DNA from: Acidimicrobiaceae bacterium
Lineage (GTDB): Bacteria > Actinomycetota > Acidimicrobiia > Acidimicrobiales > RAAP-2
Length of the DNA: 64,000 bases
Direction: 5' to 3'
Assembly (NCBI GenBank): GCA_003136415.1
Contig: PLEI01000106.1
Coordinates: 7,446 to 71,445, forward strand
Below, piece after piece: positions 27,723-39,777 of this stretch (within the stretch, counting starts at the first letter, position 1; every line of letters begins with the position of its first letter). The position numbers and the translations under genes are program-made. The notes under the pieces were generated by a model. The model saw only the letters and a list, made by a program, of their open reading frames with translations. It was not told where the DNA came from and searched no databases.

Positions 27723-28993
27723 CCTCCTCCTTTCAAGCCCCCATCGGCACCCACGACGTCCTCGCACCGCAGTCCGCGTTGTGGGAGGGACTCATCGCCA
27801 CGTTCGCCCAATTCGCTTTCCGCTACGGCTTCACACTGGCCCTGACGCCCATGTTCGAAGAGATCGGCGTGTTCAACCGAGGCATCGGAGAGAATAGTCA
27901 CGTGGCCACCAAGGAGATGTACGTCTTTCAAGACCGCGGCGAGCGTACCTACGCGTTGCGCCCGGAAGGAACGGCCTCCGTGGTGAGGGCATTTGTACAG
28001 CACCAGCCCACGATTCCCTACAAGGCCTGGTACGTGACACCGGCCTTTCGCTACGAGCGGCCCCAGGCGGGGCGCTATCGCCAGCACCACCAACTCGGTG
28101 TCGAAGTCCTGGGCACTGACGACCCGGCGGTGGACGTGGAGGTGATTGCCCTGGCGTGGCGCTTCTACCAAGCCCTCGGTCTCACGCAAGTTCGTCTGCT
28201 GATCAACTCGATGGGCCACGACGAGTGTCGTCGCCGTTACGTCGACGTCCTGCGCGGCCACCTCGAGGAGTACCGCGAGCAATTGTGCGACGAGCACCAA
28301 ATGACCTGGGCGCAGAACCCCCTTCGTGTGCTCGACTGCAAGAAGGACGCCTGCCTCGCCGTCACCAATGACGGTCCCTCCTTGCCAGATTTCTTATGCG
28401 CGGATTGCGCGACGCATTTCGACGCCGTTCGTCGAGGTCTGATCGACTTAGGGATCGACTCGACGCTCGATCCACGCCTGGTCCGAGGTTTCGACTACTA
28501 CACGCGCACCACCTTTGAGTTCGTCGCGGAGGCCCTCGGGGCGGCCCAAAATGCCATCGGTGGCGGCGGGCGCTACGACGGACTCGCCGAACAACTCGGT
28601 GGCAAGCGCACCAGTGGCATCGGATTCGGATCGGGCATCGAGCGACTCCTGCTCGCTCGTGAGGCCGAGGGGGTCACGTCGAACCTGATTAATCGAACTA
28701 TTGATGTCTTCGTAGTCGACACCACCGGTCAGGACGTCGCCACGTCGATCGCGGATGACTTGCGCAGCCAGGGCTACGCGGTCGATCGCGCATTCGACGG
28801 ACGCTCGATGAAATCGCAGATGAAGTTGGCCGACCGCTCGGGCGCGCGTATGGCCTTGCTGATTGGACCCCAGGAGCTCGAGGCGGGTCAGATTACGATG
28901 AGAGACCTGAGAAGTGACGATTTTGAACAGGCCCAACAGCGCGTGGCCCGCGAGGAACTTCTCAGCGCCCTGCGCGAGCGTCTGAACAAGTAA
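27719..28993 (+). CDS. hisS: Histidine--tRNA ligase
   Basis: The GTGA overlap couples it to relA. Motifs are LRPEGTASVVRA, FRYERPQAGRYRQHHQ and GGGRYDGL. Confidence 0.95.
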   Translation: MTSSFQAPIGTHDVLAPQSALWEGLIATFAQFAFRYGFTLALTPMFEEIGVFNRGIGENSHVATKEMYVFQDRGERTYALRPEGTASVVRAFVQHQPTIPYKAWYVTPAFRYERPQAGRYRQHHQLGVEVLGTDDPAVDVEVIALAWRFYQALGLTQVRLLINSMGHDECRRRYVDVLRGHLEEYREQLCDEHQMTWAQNPLRVLDCKKDACLAVTNDGPSLPDFLCADCATHFDAVRRGLIDLGIDSTLDPRLVRGFDYYTRTTFEFVAEALGAAQNAIGGGGRYDGLAEQLGGKRTSGIGFGSGIERLLLAREAEGVTSNLINRTIDVFVVDTTGQDVATSIADDLRSQGYAVDRAFDGRSMKSQMKLADRSGARMALLIGPQELEAGQITMRDLRSDDFEQAQQRVAREELLSALRERLNK

Positions 28994-29000
28994 AGAGAAC

Positions 29001-30740
29001 ATGACCAAGAAATTTGAAACAACCAGCATGCGTGATCTCCTCTGCGGGAATGTCGACGCGACGATGATCGGCGAGAGGTTGAGCGTATGCGGCTGGGTCG
29101 CCAAGCGTCGCGAGCACGGTGAGCACCTGGCATTCCTGGATCTGCGCGATCGCTCCGGCGTCGTCCAGGCCGTCGTCGACGGCTCGGTCGACGTGCGTGG
29201 TGAATACGTATTGCGCATCACCGGTACCGTTTCTCGTCGTCCCGAGGGGACGGTCAATGATCGTCTGACCACCGGCGAGGTCGAACTCACGGACTGCCAG
29301 GTGGAAGTCCTTTCGGCGGCCGAACCGCCGCCCTTTCAGATCGACGAGCGCTCCGACGTCGATGAACAGGTGCGACTCAAATACCGCTACATCGACTTGC
29401 GACGCGACAAGATGCAGCGCAACCTGCGAATGCGCGCGAATGTCAATGCGACGATGCGCCGCGCCATGGAACGCCAGGGATTTTGTGAAGTGGAGACGCC
29501 GCTGCTCTGGGCCCCGACCCCTGAAGGCGCACGCGAATTCGTGGTGCCCTCGCGACTGCACCCCGGCGAGTTCTACGTGCTGCCCCAGAGCCCCCAGATC
29601 GCCAAGCAGCTATTGATGGTGGGCGGCTTGGATCGCTACTTCCAAATCGCGCGTTGCCTGCGTGACGAGGACCTGCGCGCGGACCGCCAATTCGAATTCA
29701 CCCAACTTGACGTCGAAGCCAGCTTCGTCAACCAGGACGATATCTTCGCCTTCGTCTCCGAAGCGGTACTCGACGCCGCCGAAGAAGCGACGGGCGAGCG
29801 TCCGGGCCCCATCGGCACTATGACCTGGGCCGCGGCGCTCGACCGCTACGGTACCGACAAGCCCGACCTTCGTTTCGCCATGGAACTGCACGACCTCTCG
29901 GCAATTTTTGTGTCGACCGAGGTGAAGGCCTTCTCCGCACCGACCATCAAAGCAATGCGCGTGCCCGGGGGAGCGGAATTTACCCGTTCGCGTCTCGACA
30001 CGTTGACCGAACACGCCAAGAGCCTGGGTGCCAAGGGACTCGCGTGGTTCCGGGTTACTGCTGAGGGTCTCGATTCGCCACTCGTACGTTTTCTCAACCC
30101 CGAGGAATCGGCCGCCATTGCCGTCGTCGATGGAGCCCAGGTGGGCGACCTCGTCTTGATCGTCGCGGACGAGTACGCCCTGGCCTGCAAGGTACTCGGC
30201 GCCCTGCGACTGGTGATCGGCGCACCGCCGGTCAGTCAAGGCCCCCACCGCTACGTCTGGATCACCGAATTTCCGTTGTTCGAAGGAGTGGACGAGGACG
30301 GGAATCTGGTCGCGGCCCACCACCCCTTCACGATGCCGCACCCCGACGACCTCGAACTGATTGACACCGAGCCACTGAAGGTGCGTTCCCAGTCCTACGA
30401 CCTGGTCTTAAACGGTTGGGAGCTGGGTAGCGGGTCGGTGCGTATTCACCGCGCCGACATCCAGTCGCGCATCTTCCAAGCTCTGGGTATCAGCGACGAC
30501 GAAGCGCACCACCGCTTTGGATTCCTGCTCGGCGCCTTCAAGTACGGCGCACCGCCGCACGCCGGCTTCGCCGTGGGGATCGACCGCCTGGTGGCGATCT
30601 TCGCGGGAGAGGACAACATCCGTGAGGTCATCGCCTTCCCCAAGACCCAGTCGGGCGCCGATCTGATGACCGGTGCACCCAAGAACATCACCGAGCGTCA
30701 GATCCGTGATCTGCGCCTCAAGTTCGCCCCCAAGGTGTAA
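29001..30740 (+). CDS. aspS: Aspartate--tRNA ligase
   Basis: 579 aa with an OB-fold N-terminus. Motifs are FQIARCLRDEDLRADRQFEFTQLD and GGSVRIH...PPHAGFAVGIDRL. Confidence 0.95.
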   Translation: MTKKFETTSMRDLLCGNVDATMIGERLSVCGWVAKRREHGEHLAFLDLRDRSGVVQAVVDGSVDVRGEYVLRITGTVSRRPEGTVNDRLTTGEVELTDCQVEVLSAAEPPPFQIDERSDVDEQVRLKYRYIDLRRDKMQRNLRMRANVNATMRRAMERQGFCEVETPLLWAPTPEGAREFVVPSRLHPGEFYVLPQSPQIAKQLLMVGGLDRYFQIARCLRDEDLRADRQFEFTQLDVEASFVNQDDIFAFVSEAVLDAAEEATGERPGPIGTMTWAAALDRYGTDKPDLRFAMELHDLSAIFVSTEVKAFSAPTIKAMRVPGGAEFTRSRLDTLTEHAKSLGAKGLAWFRVTAEGLDSPLVRFLNPEESAAIAVVDGAQVGDLVLIVADEYALACKVLGALRLVIGAPPVSQGPHRYVWITEFPLFEGVDEDGNLVAAHHPFTMPHPDDLELIDTEPLKVRSQSYDLVLNGWELGSGSVRIHRADIQSRIFQALGISDDEAHHRFGFLLGAFKYGAPPHAGFAVGIDRLVAIFAGEDNIREVIAFPKTQSGADLMTGAPKNITERQIRDLRLKFAPKV

Positions 30741-30763
30741 CGACGTCACTCTTTGACGACGCC

Positions 30764-32074
30764 ATGGCCCAACGCCTCCGCGCCACGGCGCCACTGGCGG
30801 AATTGCTGCGCCCCACGTCCCTTGACGACATCGTCGGACAGCAGCACCTGGTCGGGCCCACCATGCCCCTGCGGCGCATGGTGGAAGCCCAGCGCCTCAC
30901 CTCCATGATCTTCTGGGGTCCCGCCGGCACCGGCAAGACCACTTTGGCGCGCATCGTGGCGGCCTCGGCCGGCTACGCCGCCGACAGCGTGTCGGCCGTC
31001 TCGAGTGGTGTCAAGGACGTGCGCGAGTCCCTGGAGCGCGCTCGCCAGCGCCTGGGGGAGCGCGGACAGTCCACGGTCCTGTTTATCGACGAGGTGCACC
31101 GTTTCAACAAGTCCCAACAGGACCTCTTGCTGCCCGCCACGGAGTCGGGCGAGATCGTCCTCATCGGCGCCACCACCGAAAATCCCTACTTCGAAGTGAA
31201 CGCCGCCCTCATGAGCCGCACCACCCTCTGGCGCCTTCACCCGCTGGGTGAGGACGACCTTCTCGTCCTCTTAGGGCGTGCCCGCGAGCTTCGCCAAGTG
31301 ACCTTGAGTGATGAGTCGCTCGAAGCGTTGGTCGCGAGTGCTGACGGTGACGCGCGTTCGATGTTGACCACGCTCGACACTGCGCTCATCCTCGCCGCCG
31401 CCGATTTCCCCGGAGCCGACAGTTCTGAGATGGTGGTGACCCGAGAGCACGTCGCCCTGGCACGCGACGGACGTCTGGTGCACCAGTCGCGCGACACTCA
31501 CTACGACCAAGTGTCCGCACTGATCAAATCGGTGCGCGGCTCGGACCCCGACGCGGCTCTCTACTGGCTCGTCACGCTGCTCGAAGCGGGAGAGAGTGCA
31601 CGCTTCCTCGCGCGACGCCTGGTTATTCTGGCGTCAGAGGACATTGGAATTGCCGACTCCCACGCTCTCATCGTGGCCGAATCGGCCGCGCGAGCCGTCG
31701 AATTCGTGGGATTGCCCGAGGCCCGACTTAATCTGGCACACGCGGCGATCTATCTCTCGCTCGCGCCCAAGAGCAATTCGGTTACCCGGGCATTGGGCGA
31801 AGTGACCGCCGCAGTGCGCGCGGGGGGCGCCGAAGTGCCCGCGCACCTGCGCGACGCGCACTACGCCGGTGCGCGCGAATTGGGCTTTGGGGCCCAGTAC
31901 GTCTATCCCCACGACGTCGAGGGCGGGTGGGCCGATCAGCGCTACTTGCCTGACGCAGTGGGCGACGCCACGTACTTTGATCCCTCGAACCACGGCGACG
32001 AGGCCGCACTGGTCGAGCAGTGGCGCCAACGTCGTGGTGGCGCCGGGCCCAAAGGCTCACCCCCGGTAGAGTAA
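30764..32074 (+). CDS. rarA: Replication-associated recombination protein A (MgsA/RarA AAA+ ATPase)
   Basis: 436 aa. Motifs are GPAGTGKTT, LFIDEVHRFNKSQQD and a C-terminal YxYPHD-type motif (YVYPHD). Confidence 0.9.
   Translation: MAQRLRATAPLAELLRPTSLDDIVGQQHLVGPTMPLRRMVEAQRLTSMIFWGPAGTGKTTLARIVAASAGYAADSVSAVSSGVKDVRESLERARQRLGERGQSTVLFIDEVHRFNKSQQDLLLPATESGEIVLIGATTENPYFEVNAALMSRTTLWRLHPLGEDDLLVLLGRARELRQVTLSDESLEALVASADGDARSMLTTLDTALILAAADFPGADSSEMVVTREHVALARDGRLVHQSRDTHYDQVSALIKSVRGSDPDAALYWLVTLLEAGESARFLARRLVILASEDIGIADSHALIVAESAARAVEFVGLPEARLNLAHAAIYLSLAPKSNSVTRALGEVTAAVRAGGAEVPAHLRDAHYAGARELGFGAQYVYPHDVEGGWADQRYLPDAVGDATYFDPSNHGDEAALVEQWRQRRGGAGPKGSPPVE
32067..32072 (+). promoter_or_regulatory. 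Putative -10 (TAGAGT) giving leaderless alaS
   Basis: The sequence reads TAGAGT-aaagccc-GTG(32080). The hexamer overlaps the rarA stop. Confidence 0.4.
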
Positions 32075-32079
32075 AGCCC

Positions 32080-34629
<2,550 letters not shown>

Positions 34630-34635
34630 GTCGCG

Positions 34636-35049
34636 ATGGTACGCATCCTCGGGATCGACCCCGGAACCAAGCGGTGCGGCATTGCGATCACCGACTCCGC
34701 CGAGACAATGGCGTTTCCCCGTGACGCGATTGCCTTTGACGACAGCTTCGTGAAGCGCGTGGCGCAATTGGTGGCGGAGGAGAACGTGGAACTCGTGGTC
34801 GTGGGTCGTCCCGTCTCTCTCGCCGGATCTGATACCGCCAGTACGCTGTTCGCCGACGAACTCTGCGTCGCCCTGAACGCCGGACTGGCATTGCCAGTGG
34901 TGCAACACGACGAGCGGCTCACCACCACCGCGGCCCAGCGTTCGCTGTCCAGTGCCGGCGTCAAGACGAAGGACCATCGTGAACGTATTGATTCCGCCGC
35001 CGCGGTGATCATGCTCCAGCACTACGCGGACGGTCGCAATGCTGGCTAG
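34636..35049 (+). CDS. ruvX: Holliday junction resolvase-like nuclease RuvX/YqgF
   Basis: 137 aa. Motifs are ILGIDPGTKRCGIAITD and DERLTT. Confidence 0.9.
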   Translation: MVRILGIDPGTKRCGIAITDSAETMAFPRDAIAFDDSFVKRVAQLVAEENVELVVVGRPVSLAGSDTASTLFADELCVALNAGLALPVVQHDERLTTTAAQRSLSSAGVKTKDHRERIDSAAAVIMLQHYADGRNAG

Positions 35050-36037
35050 TCCACTTCGCAGGGTCATCGTCGGCGTGAGTGGCGTCGTCATCGTCGCGAT
35101 TGTCTGGTTCGCACTGCAGTACTTTCCCGTCGGCGGATCAGGTCGCGAAGCACTGATCACCGTTCGCTCCGGGGATTCGATGTCGACCATTGCGGGCGAA
35201 TTACACCAGGCGGGCATCATGAGTTCGCCCTTCGCCTTTCGTATCGACAGCTTCCTCGAGGGAGCGCCGCTGGTTCATCCCGGGGACTACGAGATTCCTC
35301 AGGGTGCGTCCTTTTCGAGCATTCGATCAATTCTCAACGGCGGGCCCAACGTGCCTCAGGTCGACGTGGTGCCCGGTCTGACGATCAAAGAGATTGCCGT
35401 CAGCGTGGCCAGCCAGGTGGGCAACACGTTCGCCTCGACTTTTCTGAGCGACGCGAACCAGGCGGCGACCCTCAGCCCGTATCACCCCACTGGTTCCCTC
35501 GATGGCCTGATCGGTCCGGGGCTGTATCTCATCACGCCGAGCGAAACCCCGGCCCAGCTGCTCGCCGCCATGGGGGCGAACTTCGCCACCGAAGCGACCG
35601 CCGCCGGGCTCACTCCCTCCACGAGCGTTCTGGGACTCAACGCCTATCACCTACTCATCGCCGCGTCGATCGTCGAGAAGGAGGGGTACTACGCCAAGAA
35701 CATGCCCCAGACCGCGCGGGTCATCTACAACCGCTTGGCGCACAATATGCCCCTGCAGATGGACTCGACGGTCTTGTACGCCCTCGGCCTGGACGGTGGC
35801 AAAGTCACCCCGGCGATGCTGCAGACGCCGACGCCGTACAACACCTATCTCAACCTGGGCCTCACGCCGACACCGATTTGCGTGGTGTCGCCCACTGCGC
35901 TCAGTGCGGTTCTGCATCCTCCCGCGGGGACCTGGCTGTATTTTGTGTTAGTGGACAAGAGCGGCGACATGGCGTTCTCCTCAACCTACGCCGGGCAGCT
36001 GGCCAACGAGGCCAAAGCCGCCAGGGCCGGGGTGTAA
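35039..36037 (+). CDS. mltG: Endolytic peptidoglycan transglycosylase MltG (YceG-like)
   Basis: 332 aa with an N-terminal TM helix. The YceG motifs are ASIVEKEG, LQMDSTVLYAL and YNTYLNLGLTPTPICVVS. Confidence 0.85.
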   Translation: MLASPLRRVIVGVSGVVIVAIVWFALQYFPVGGSGREALITVRSGDSMSTIAGELHQAGIMSSPFAFRIDSFLEGAPLVHPGDYEIPQGASFSSIRSILNGGPNVPQVDVVPGLTIKEIAVSVASQVGNTFASTFLSDANQAATLSPYHPTGSLDGLIGPGLYLITPSETPAQLLAAMGANFATEATAAGLTPSTSVLGLNAYHLLIAASIVEKEGYYAKNMPQTARVIYNRLAHNMPLQMDSTVLYALGLDGGKVTPAMLQTPTPYNTYLNLGLTPTPICVVSPTALSAVLHPPAGTWLYFVLVDKSGDMAFSSTYAGQLANEAKAARAGV

Positions 36038-36819
36038 TGAACTGGCGCCTCGGCGTGGCGGGGTCTCCCATTGCCCACTCGCTCTCACCCCAACTGCACG
36101 TGGCGGGACTCGCCCTCGCGGGACTGCGGGGCACATCCCAGCGCTTCGAACTTGGTGACGGCGACGGGGCGGTCTTACGTGAGATGATGGGCGCGAGTGT
36201 GGACGCCATGTCGATCACCATGCCACTCAAATCAGTCGCCGCGGCCCTGTGCGACGTTCTCGACGACTACGCGACATCGCTCGGAGTCGTCAACTCACTG
36301 CTGTGGCGTGACGACCGGTTGCTCGGTGCCGCCACGGACGGACCCGGATTCATCGACTCGCTGCGCGGCGTCTTCGGCGTGAGCGTCGAGAACTTACACG
36401 TCGTCATTCTCGGGGCGGGCGGTGCCGCCCGCGCCATCGTTGATTCCGTGGTCGACCAGGGAGCGAACTCGATAGCCGTACTCGGACGCAGCGAAGCGAA
36501 CGTGCGTCAGATCGTGAGCCGCCACTCCAACGTGGTGGACCATATGGTCCTATATCGACCGGTTGACGTGATCGTCAACACCACTCCAGTCCGGGGCCGA
36601 GCGCTCGACGCATCCGTGATGCAGGGCGTCTCGCGCGACACCATCGCCGTCGACATCACCTACGAGCCCCGGATGTCACCCTGGCTCGACCAGCACGCGC
36701 AGTACGGTTGTCGCCACACCAACGGACTGGCCATGTTGGCTTATCAGGCGGCGCGCCAGATGAACTGGTGGTGGGGTTCGGACTTAGACGGCGGACCATT
36801 GCTCAAGGCGCTCGCGTGA
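36037..36819 (+). CDS. aroE: Shikimate dehydrogenase
   Basis: ATG 36037 overlaps the mltG stop (TAATG). Motifs are GSPIAHSLSPQLH, ITMPLK, NSL...TDGPGF and ILGAGGAARA. Confidence 0.85.
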   Translation: MNWRLGVAGSPIAHSLSPQLHVAGLALAGLRGTSQRFELGDGDGAVLREMMGASVDAMSITMPLKSVAAALCDVLDDYATSLGVVNSLLWRDDRLLGAATDGPGFIDSLRGVFGVSVENLHVVILGAGGAARAIVDSVVDQGANSIAVLGRSEANVRQIVSRHSNVVDHMVLYRPVDVIVNTTPVRGRALDASVMQGVSRDTIAVDITYEPRMSPWLDQHAQYGCRHTNGLAMLAYQAARQMNWWWGSDLDGGPLLKALA

Positions 36820-37943
36820 CCGACACCCTCACGTTTCGACGCCCGAGCAACCACGTGGACTACGGATTGTTGGTCGGTCTCGTCGTCCTGGGAGTTTTCG
36901 GCGCGTTCATGTCCTACAGCGCCACCCGCGTCGCGCTGGCTAATGCCGGCTACAACCCGCACTACTACCTGGAGCGACAGGGATTCTTCGTGGTGATTGG
37001 CACTATTGCCATGCTGATCATCGCACGTATCGACTATCGGCGCCTCGAGATTCTGGCCACGCCTCTGTACATCTGTTCGTTCTTCGCCCTCGCGGGCGTG
37101 TTCGTGATTGGCAAGAGCGCGCTGGGCGCGCAACGGTGGTACAGCTTTGGTTTCATCCAGATCCAGCCCAGTGAGTTCACGGTTCTCTTCATCATCTTGG
37201 CCGTCGCCACCTTCTGCGGACGACGTTCTGAAGGTCTGCGCATGTACGACGTCGTGCGCCTCCTGATCATGGCCGGTGCGCCCCTAGGACTCATTGTCTT
37301 GCAACCCGACCTGGGAACCTCCATCATCATTGTGTTGGTGGTGGCCGGGATGATGGTCGTCGCGGGCATTCCCCCTCGCTTCATGACGTTCCTCACTATC
37401 GTCGGTTCGGCCGGACTCGTCGCTGCGGTGTACTTGGACTTACTAAAGAAGTACCAAGTTGACCGATTCGTGTCGTTCGTCAACCAGAACTCCAATGACC
37501 CGAAGATTGCCGCGCTGCTCTACGAAGTCCATAACGCCAAGAGTGCCATCGGCGCTGGTGGGATCTGGGGAGCGGGCATCTTCAAGGGCCTCCAGACGGT
37601 CCTCGGCTTCGTTCCCGAGCAACGCACCGACTTCATCTTCACGGCGATCGGCGAACAACTCGGATTCATCGGCGCCGGATCGGTCATCTTGCTGCTGGCG
37701 TTCATCGCGTGGCGTATGTGGGTGATTGGTCGTCACGCCAAGGACGTGATGGGTAGATTGCTGTGCATCGGCATCTTCATCTTCTTCTCCTTCAGTTGTT
37801 TTGAGAACATCGGCATGACGATGGGAATCATGCCGGTTACCGGCATCCCCCTGCCGCTCCTGAGTTACGGGGGATCGGCCGCACTCGTCTTCTTCACCGC
37901 GGGGGGGCTAGTGCTCTCGGTATCGCGGCGGCTGGGAAACTGA
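36816..37943 (+). CDS. SEDS-family peptidoglycan glycosyltransferase (RodA/FtsW/SpoVE), copy 1
   Basis: GTG 36816 overlaps the aroE stop (GTGA). The protein has about 10 TM helices. Motifs are IQPSEF, LQPDLGT, AIGAGGIWGAG, PEQRTDFIFTAIGEQLGFIG and PLPLLSYGGSA. Confidence 0.8.
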   Translation: MTDTLTFRRPSNHVDYGLLVGLVVLGVFGAFMSYSATRVALANAGYNPHYYLERQGFFVVIGTIAMLIIARIDYRRLEILATPLYICSFFALAGVFVIGKSALGAQRWYSFGFIQIQPSEFTVLFIILAVATFCGRRSEGLRMYDVVRLLIMAGAPLGLIVLQPDLGTSIIIVLVVAGMMVVAGIPPRFMTFLTIVGSAGLVAAVYLDLLKKYQVDRFVSFVNQNSNDPKIAALLYEVHNAKSAIGAGGIWGAGIFKGLQTVLGFVPEQRTDFIFTAIGEQLGFIGAGSVILLLAFIAWRMWVIGRHAKDVMGRLLCIGIFIFFSFSCFENIGMTMGIMPVTGIPLPLLSYGGSAALVFFTAGGLVLSVSRRLGN

Positions 37944-37945
37944 TC

Positions 37946-38386
37946 GTGACCGACGAACAACCCTCCGAGGTGACCTCCGAGATCGTGGTCTTTCGAGTGG
38001 TCCAGGTGGCCGACGTCCTCTACGATTTCTCCGCCGCCATGGCGACGGTCATACTTCGCGAGGCCGAGGGCGCGCGGCGCCAGTTGAGTCTTCCCGTGGC
38101 CCTCAGCGACGCGACGGCGATCTATCAGGCCTGGCAGCACGTCATCGGGCTCCGTCCCAGCACCGGTGAATTGGTCACGTTCATTATGCAAGAGGTCCAC
38201 GCCGACGTGATTGCCACGCGAATAGTGCGACGCGACGCCGGTGTCTACTACGCGGAGTTTGACGTGATGACCCCTCGGGGTCGTCGCGTGTTCGACTGCC
38301 GGCCGAGCGACGCGATTGCCCTCTCCCTGCGACAGAACGTCCCGGCCCCGCTGCTCATCGCCGAGGAGTTGTTCCCGGCGACCTAG
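37946..38386 (+). CDS. Bifunctional nuclease (BFN/DUF151) family protein
   Basis: 146 aa; the GTG lies 2 nt after the SEDS-1 stop. The pattern is ...VILREAEGARRQLSLPVALSDATAI...RPSTGELV...VYYAEFDV...FDCRPSDAIALSLR, recalled from the DNase-RNase domain family. Confidence 0.6.
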   Translation: MTDEQPSEVTSEIVVFRVVQVADVLYDFSAAMATVILREAEGARRQLSLPVALSDATAIYQAWQHVIGLRPSTGELVTFIMQEVHADVIATRIVRRDAGVYYAEFDVMTPRGRRVFDCRPSDAIALSLRQNVPAPLLIAEELFPAT

Positions 38387-39750
38387 TCGAAGGAGATGGC
38401 GACAATCTCGCCGCCGCGTTTCTCTTCCGCGTTCTCGTGACTGATCCGCAGTAGTAAGGCGACGATGAGATAATTGGCAAAGAGCGAACTGCCGCCGTAG
38501 GCCATGAACGGCAACGTGATGCCGGTGAAGGGCACAATGCGTAACACGCCGGCCATGATGAAGAACGCCTGCAGGCCAATGGTCGCCGTCAGACCCGTCG
38601 CGGTGAGGCGAACGAAATCCGAGTGCGAATTCTGAGCGATGCGAAAGCCCTCGCCGACGAACGCGGCGAAGAGACTCAGGATCAAGATGATGCCGATGAA
38701 ACCGAGTTCCTCTCCTAGCGCGGCGAAAATCATGTCCGTAGTGACCTGGGAAACGTAAGCCCCCGATTGGCCGAGGCCCAGCCCGGTGCCGGCGACGCCT
38801 CCCGTCGCGAGGGCGAACCATCCGTCCGCTAGTTGGCTCGACAGATGGAAATTCGCGGGGGACCACGGGTCCATCCAGTAATTGACGCGCTGTTGCACCT
38901 GCGAGAACAATTTGTCGGCGAGGAGGGCACCCCCCACGAACAGGGCGAGGCCGAGGCCGATATAGGACTTGAGCCCCGTCGTGACCCATAAGAGGGCGAA
39001 GAACAGGGCGAAGAGGAGCATGGCGAAACCGATGTCGTTCTCTCCGCCGAGGATGAGCAGCGCGACGCCCCAGGCGACGAGGATGGGCACGAGGACCTTT
39101 GGCGGGACGAAGAGTCGTCCGGCGAAGCGCTGGGTGGGCGTGGACAGCAGATCACGATTGGCGGCGAAGTAGGACGCGAAGAAGAAGACCAGGAGGACCT
39201 TGGCGATCTCGATGGGTTGAAAGGAGAGGGGACCGACCGCCACCCACAGCCGGGCCCCGTTGATGTTCTCGCCGAAGTGCGGGATGAGAGGCGTGAGCAT
39301 CAAGAGAATCGCTGCGGTCAGGGTGAGATAGCGGTACCGGTCGAGATCGCGAATTGACTTGACGAATTTCAAGGTCAAAACCACGATGACGCCGCTGACG
39401 ATGAACCAGAAGGCCTGGTAGCCGGCTCGCCCGGGGTTCCACCGCGCGATCTCGACGTAACCAATGCCGTTGAGCAACGTCGCCACCGGCAAGAGGACCT
39501 GAGATGACCGCGGGGCGTACCGGCGGATGGCGACGTGCATGACCAGCGAGACGGCGATCAACACCCCCAGGAATGCCCCCAGTCGCGCGGGGAGATGACC
39601 CTTGGTGGCGAGGAACATGAGAATGTAAAAAGCCGTTACGATGACCCACGCGAGGAACATGAGTCCCAACTCAGTGGAACGAGATTGTGACGACTTGGTC
39701 TTCGGTGGCGCCGAAACGTTCGCCACCTCGCTACGTGTATGTCTCGCCAC
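38383..39750 (-). CDS. SEDS-family peptidoglycan glycosyltransferase (RodA-like), copy 2
   Basis: The ORF track runs to 39870. I place the start at GTG 39750 because a -10 (TACTCT) lies 6 nt upstream. The N-terminal region RSTELGLMFLAWV...HVAIRRYAPRSSQVLLPVATLLNGIGYVEI resembles Mtb RodA. IEIAKV, TTDMIFAALGEELGF and PFMAYGGSS are also present. Confidence 0.8.
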   Translation of the reverse strand: MARHTRSEVANVSAPPKTKSSQSRSTELGLMFLAWVIVTAFYILMFLATKGHLPARLGAFLGVLIAVSLVMHVAIRRYAPRSSQVLLPVATLLNGIGYVEIARWNPGRAGYQAFWFIVSGVIVVLTLKFVKSIRDLDRYRYLTLTAAILLMLTPLIPHFGENINGARLWVAVGPLSFQPIEIAKVLLVFFFASYFAANRDLLSTPTQRFAGRLFVPPKVLVPILVAWGVALLILGGENDIGFAMLLFALFFALLWVTTGLKSYIGLGLALFVGGALLADKLFSQVQQRVNYWMDPWSPANFHLSSQLADGWFALATGGVAGTGLGLGQSGAYVSQVTTDMIFAALGEELGFIGIILILSLFAAFVGEGFRIAQNSHSDFVRLTATGLTATIGLQAFFIMAGVLRIVPFTGITLPFMAYGGSSLFANYLIVALLLRISHENAEEKRGGEIVAISFD

Positions 39751-39756
39751 GTTGCC

Positions 39757-39762
39757 AGAGTA
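39757..39762 (-). promoter_or_regulatory. Putative -10 (TACTCT) for leaderless SEDS copy 2
   Basis: On the minus strand the sequence reads TACTCT-ggcaac-GTG(39750). Confidence 0.4.
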
Positions 39763-39766
39763 GTCG

Positions 39767-39772
39767 TAGCAT
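39767..39772 (+). promoter_or_regulatory. Putative -10 (TAGCAT) for the ppk transcript
   Basis: The sequence reads TAGCAT-tgaag-ATG(39778). It sits back to back, 4 nt apart, with the divergent -10 at 39757-39762. Confidence 0.35.
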
Positions 39773-39777
39773 TGAAG

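Noticed and set aside
37865-38989. 374-aa minus-strand ORF overlapping the BFN gene and SEDS copy 2
   Set aside because: Its composition is extremely Arg/Gly/His-rich (RRRR, HRHH runs), typical of an off-frame shadow ORF in GC-rich coding DNA. The overlapping frames have clear SEDS and BFN family motifs.
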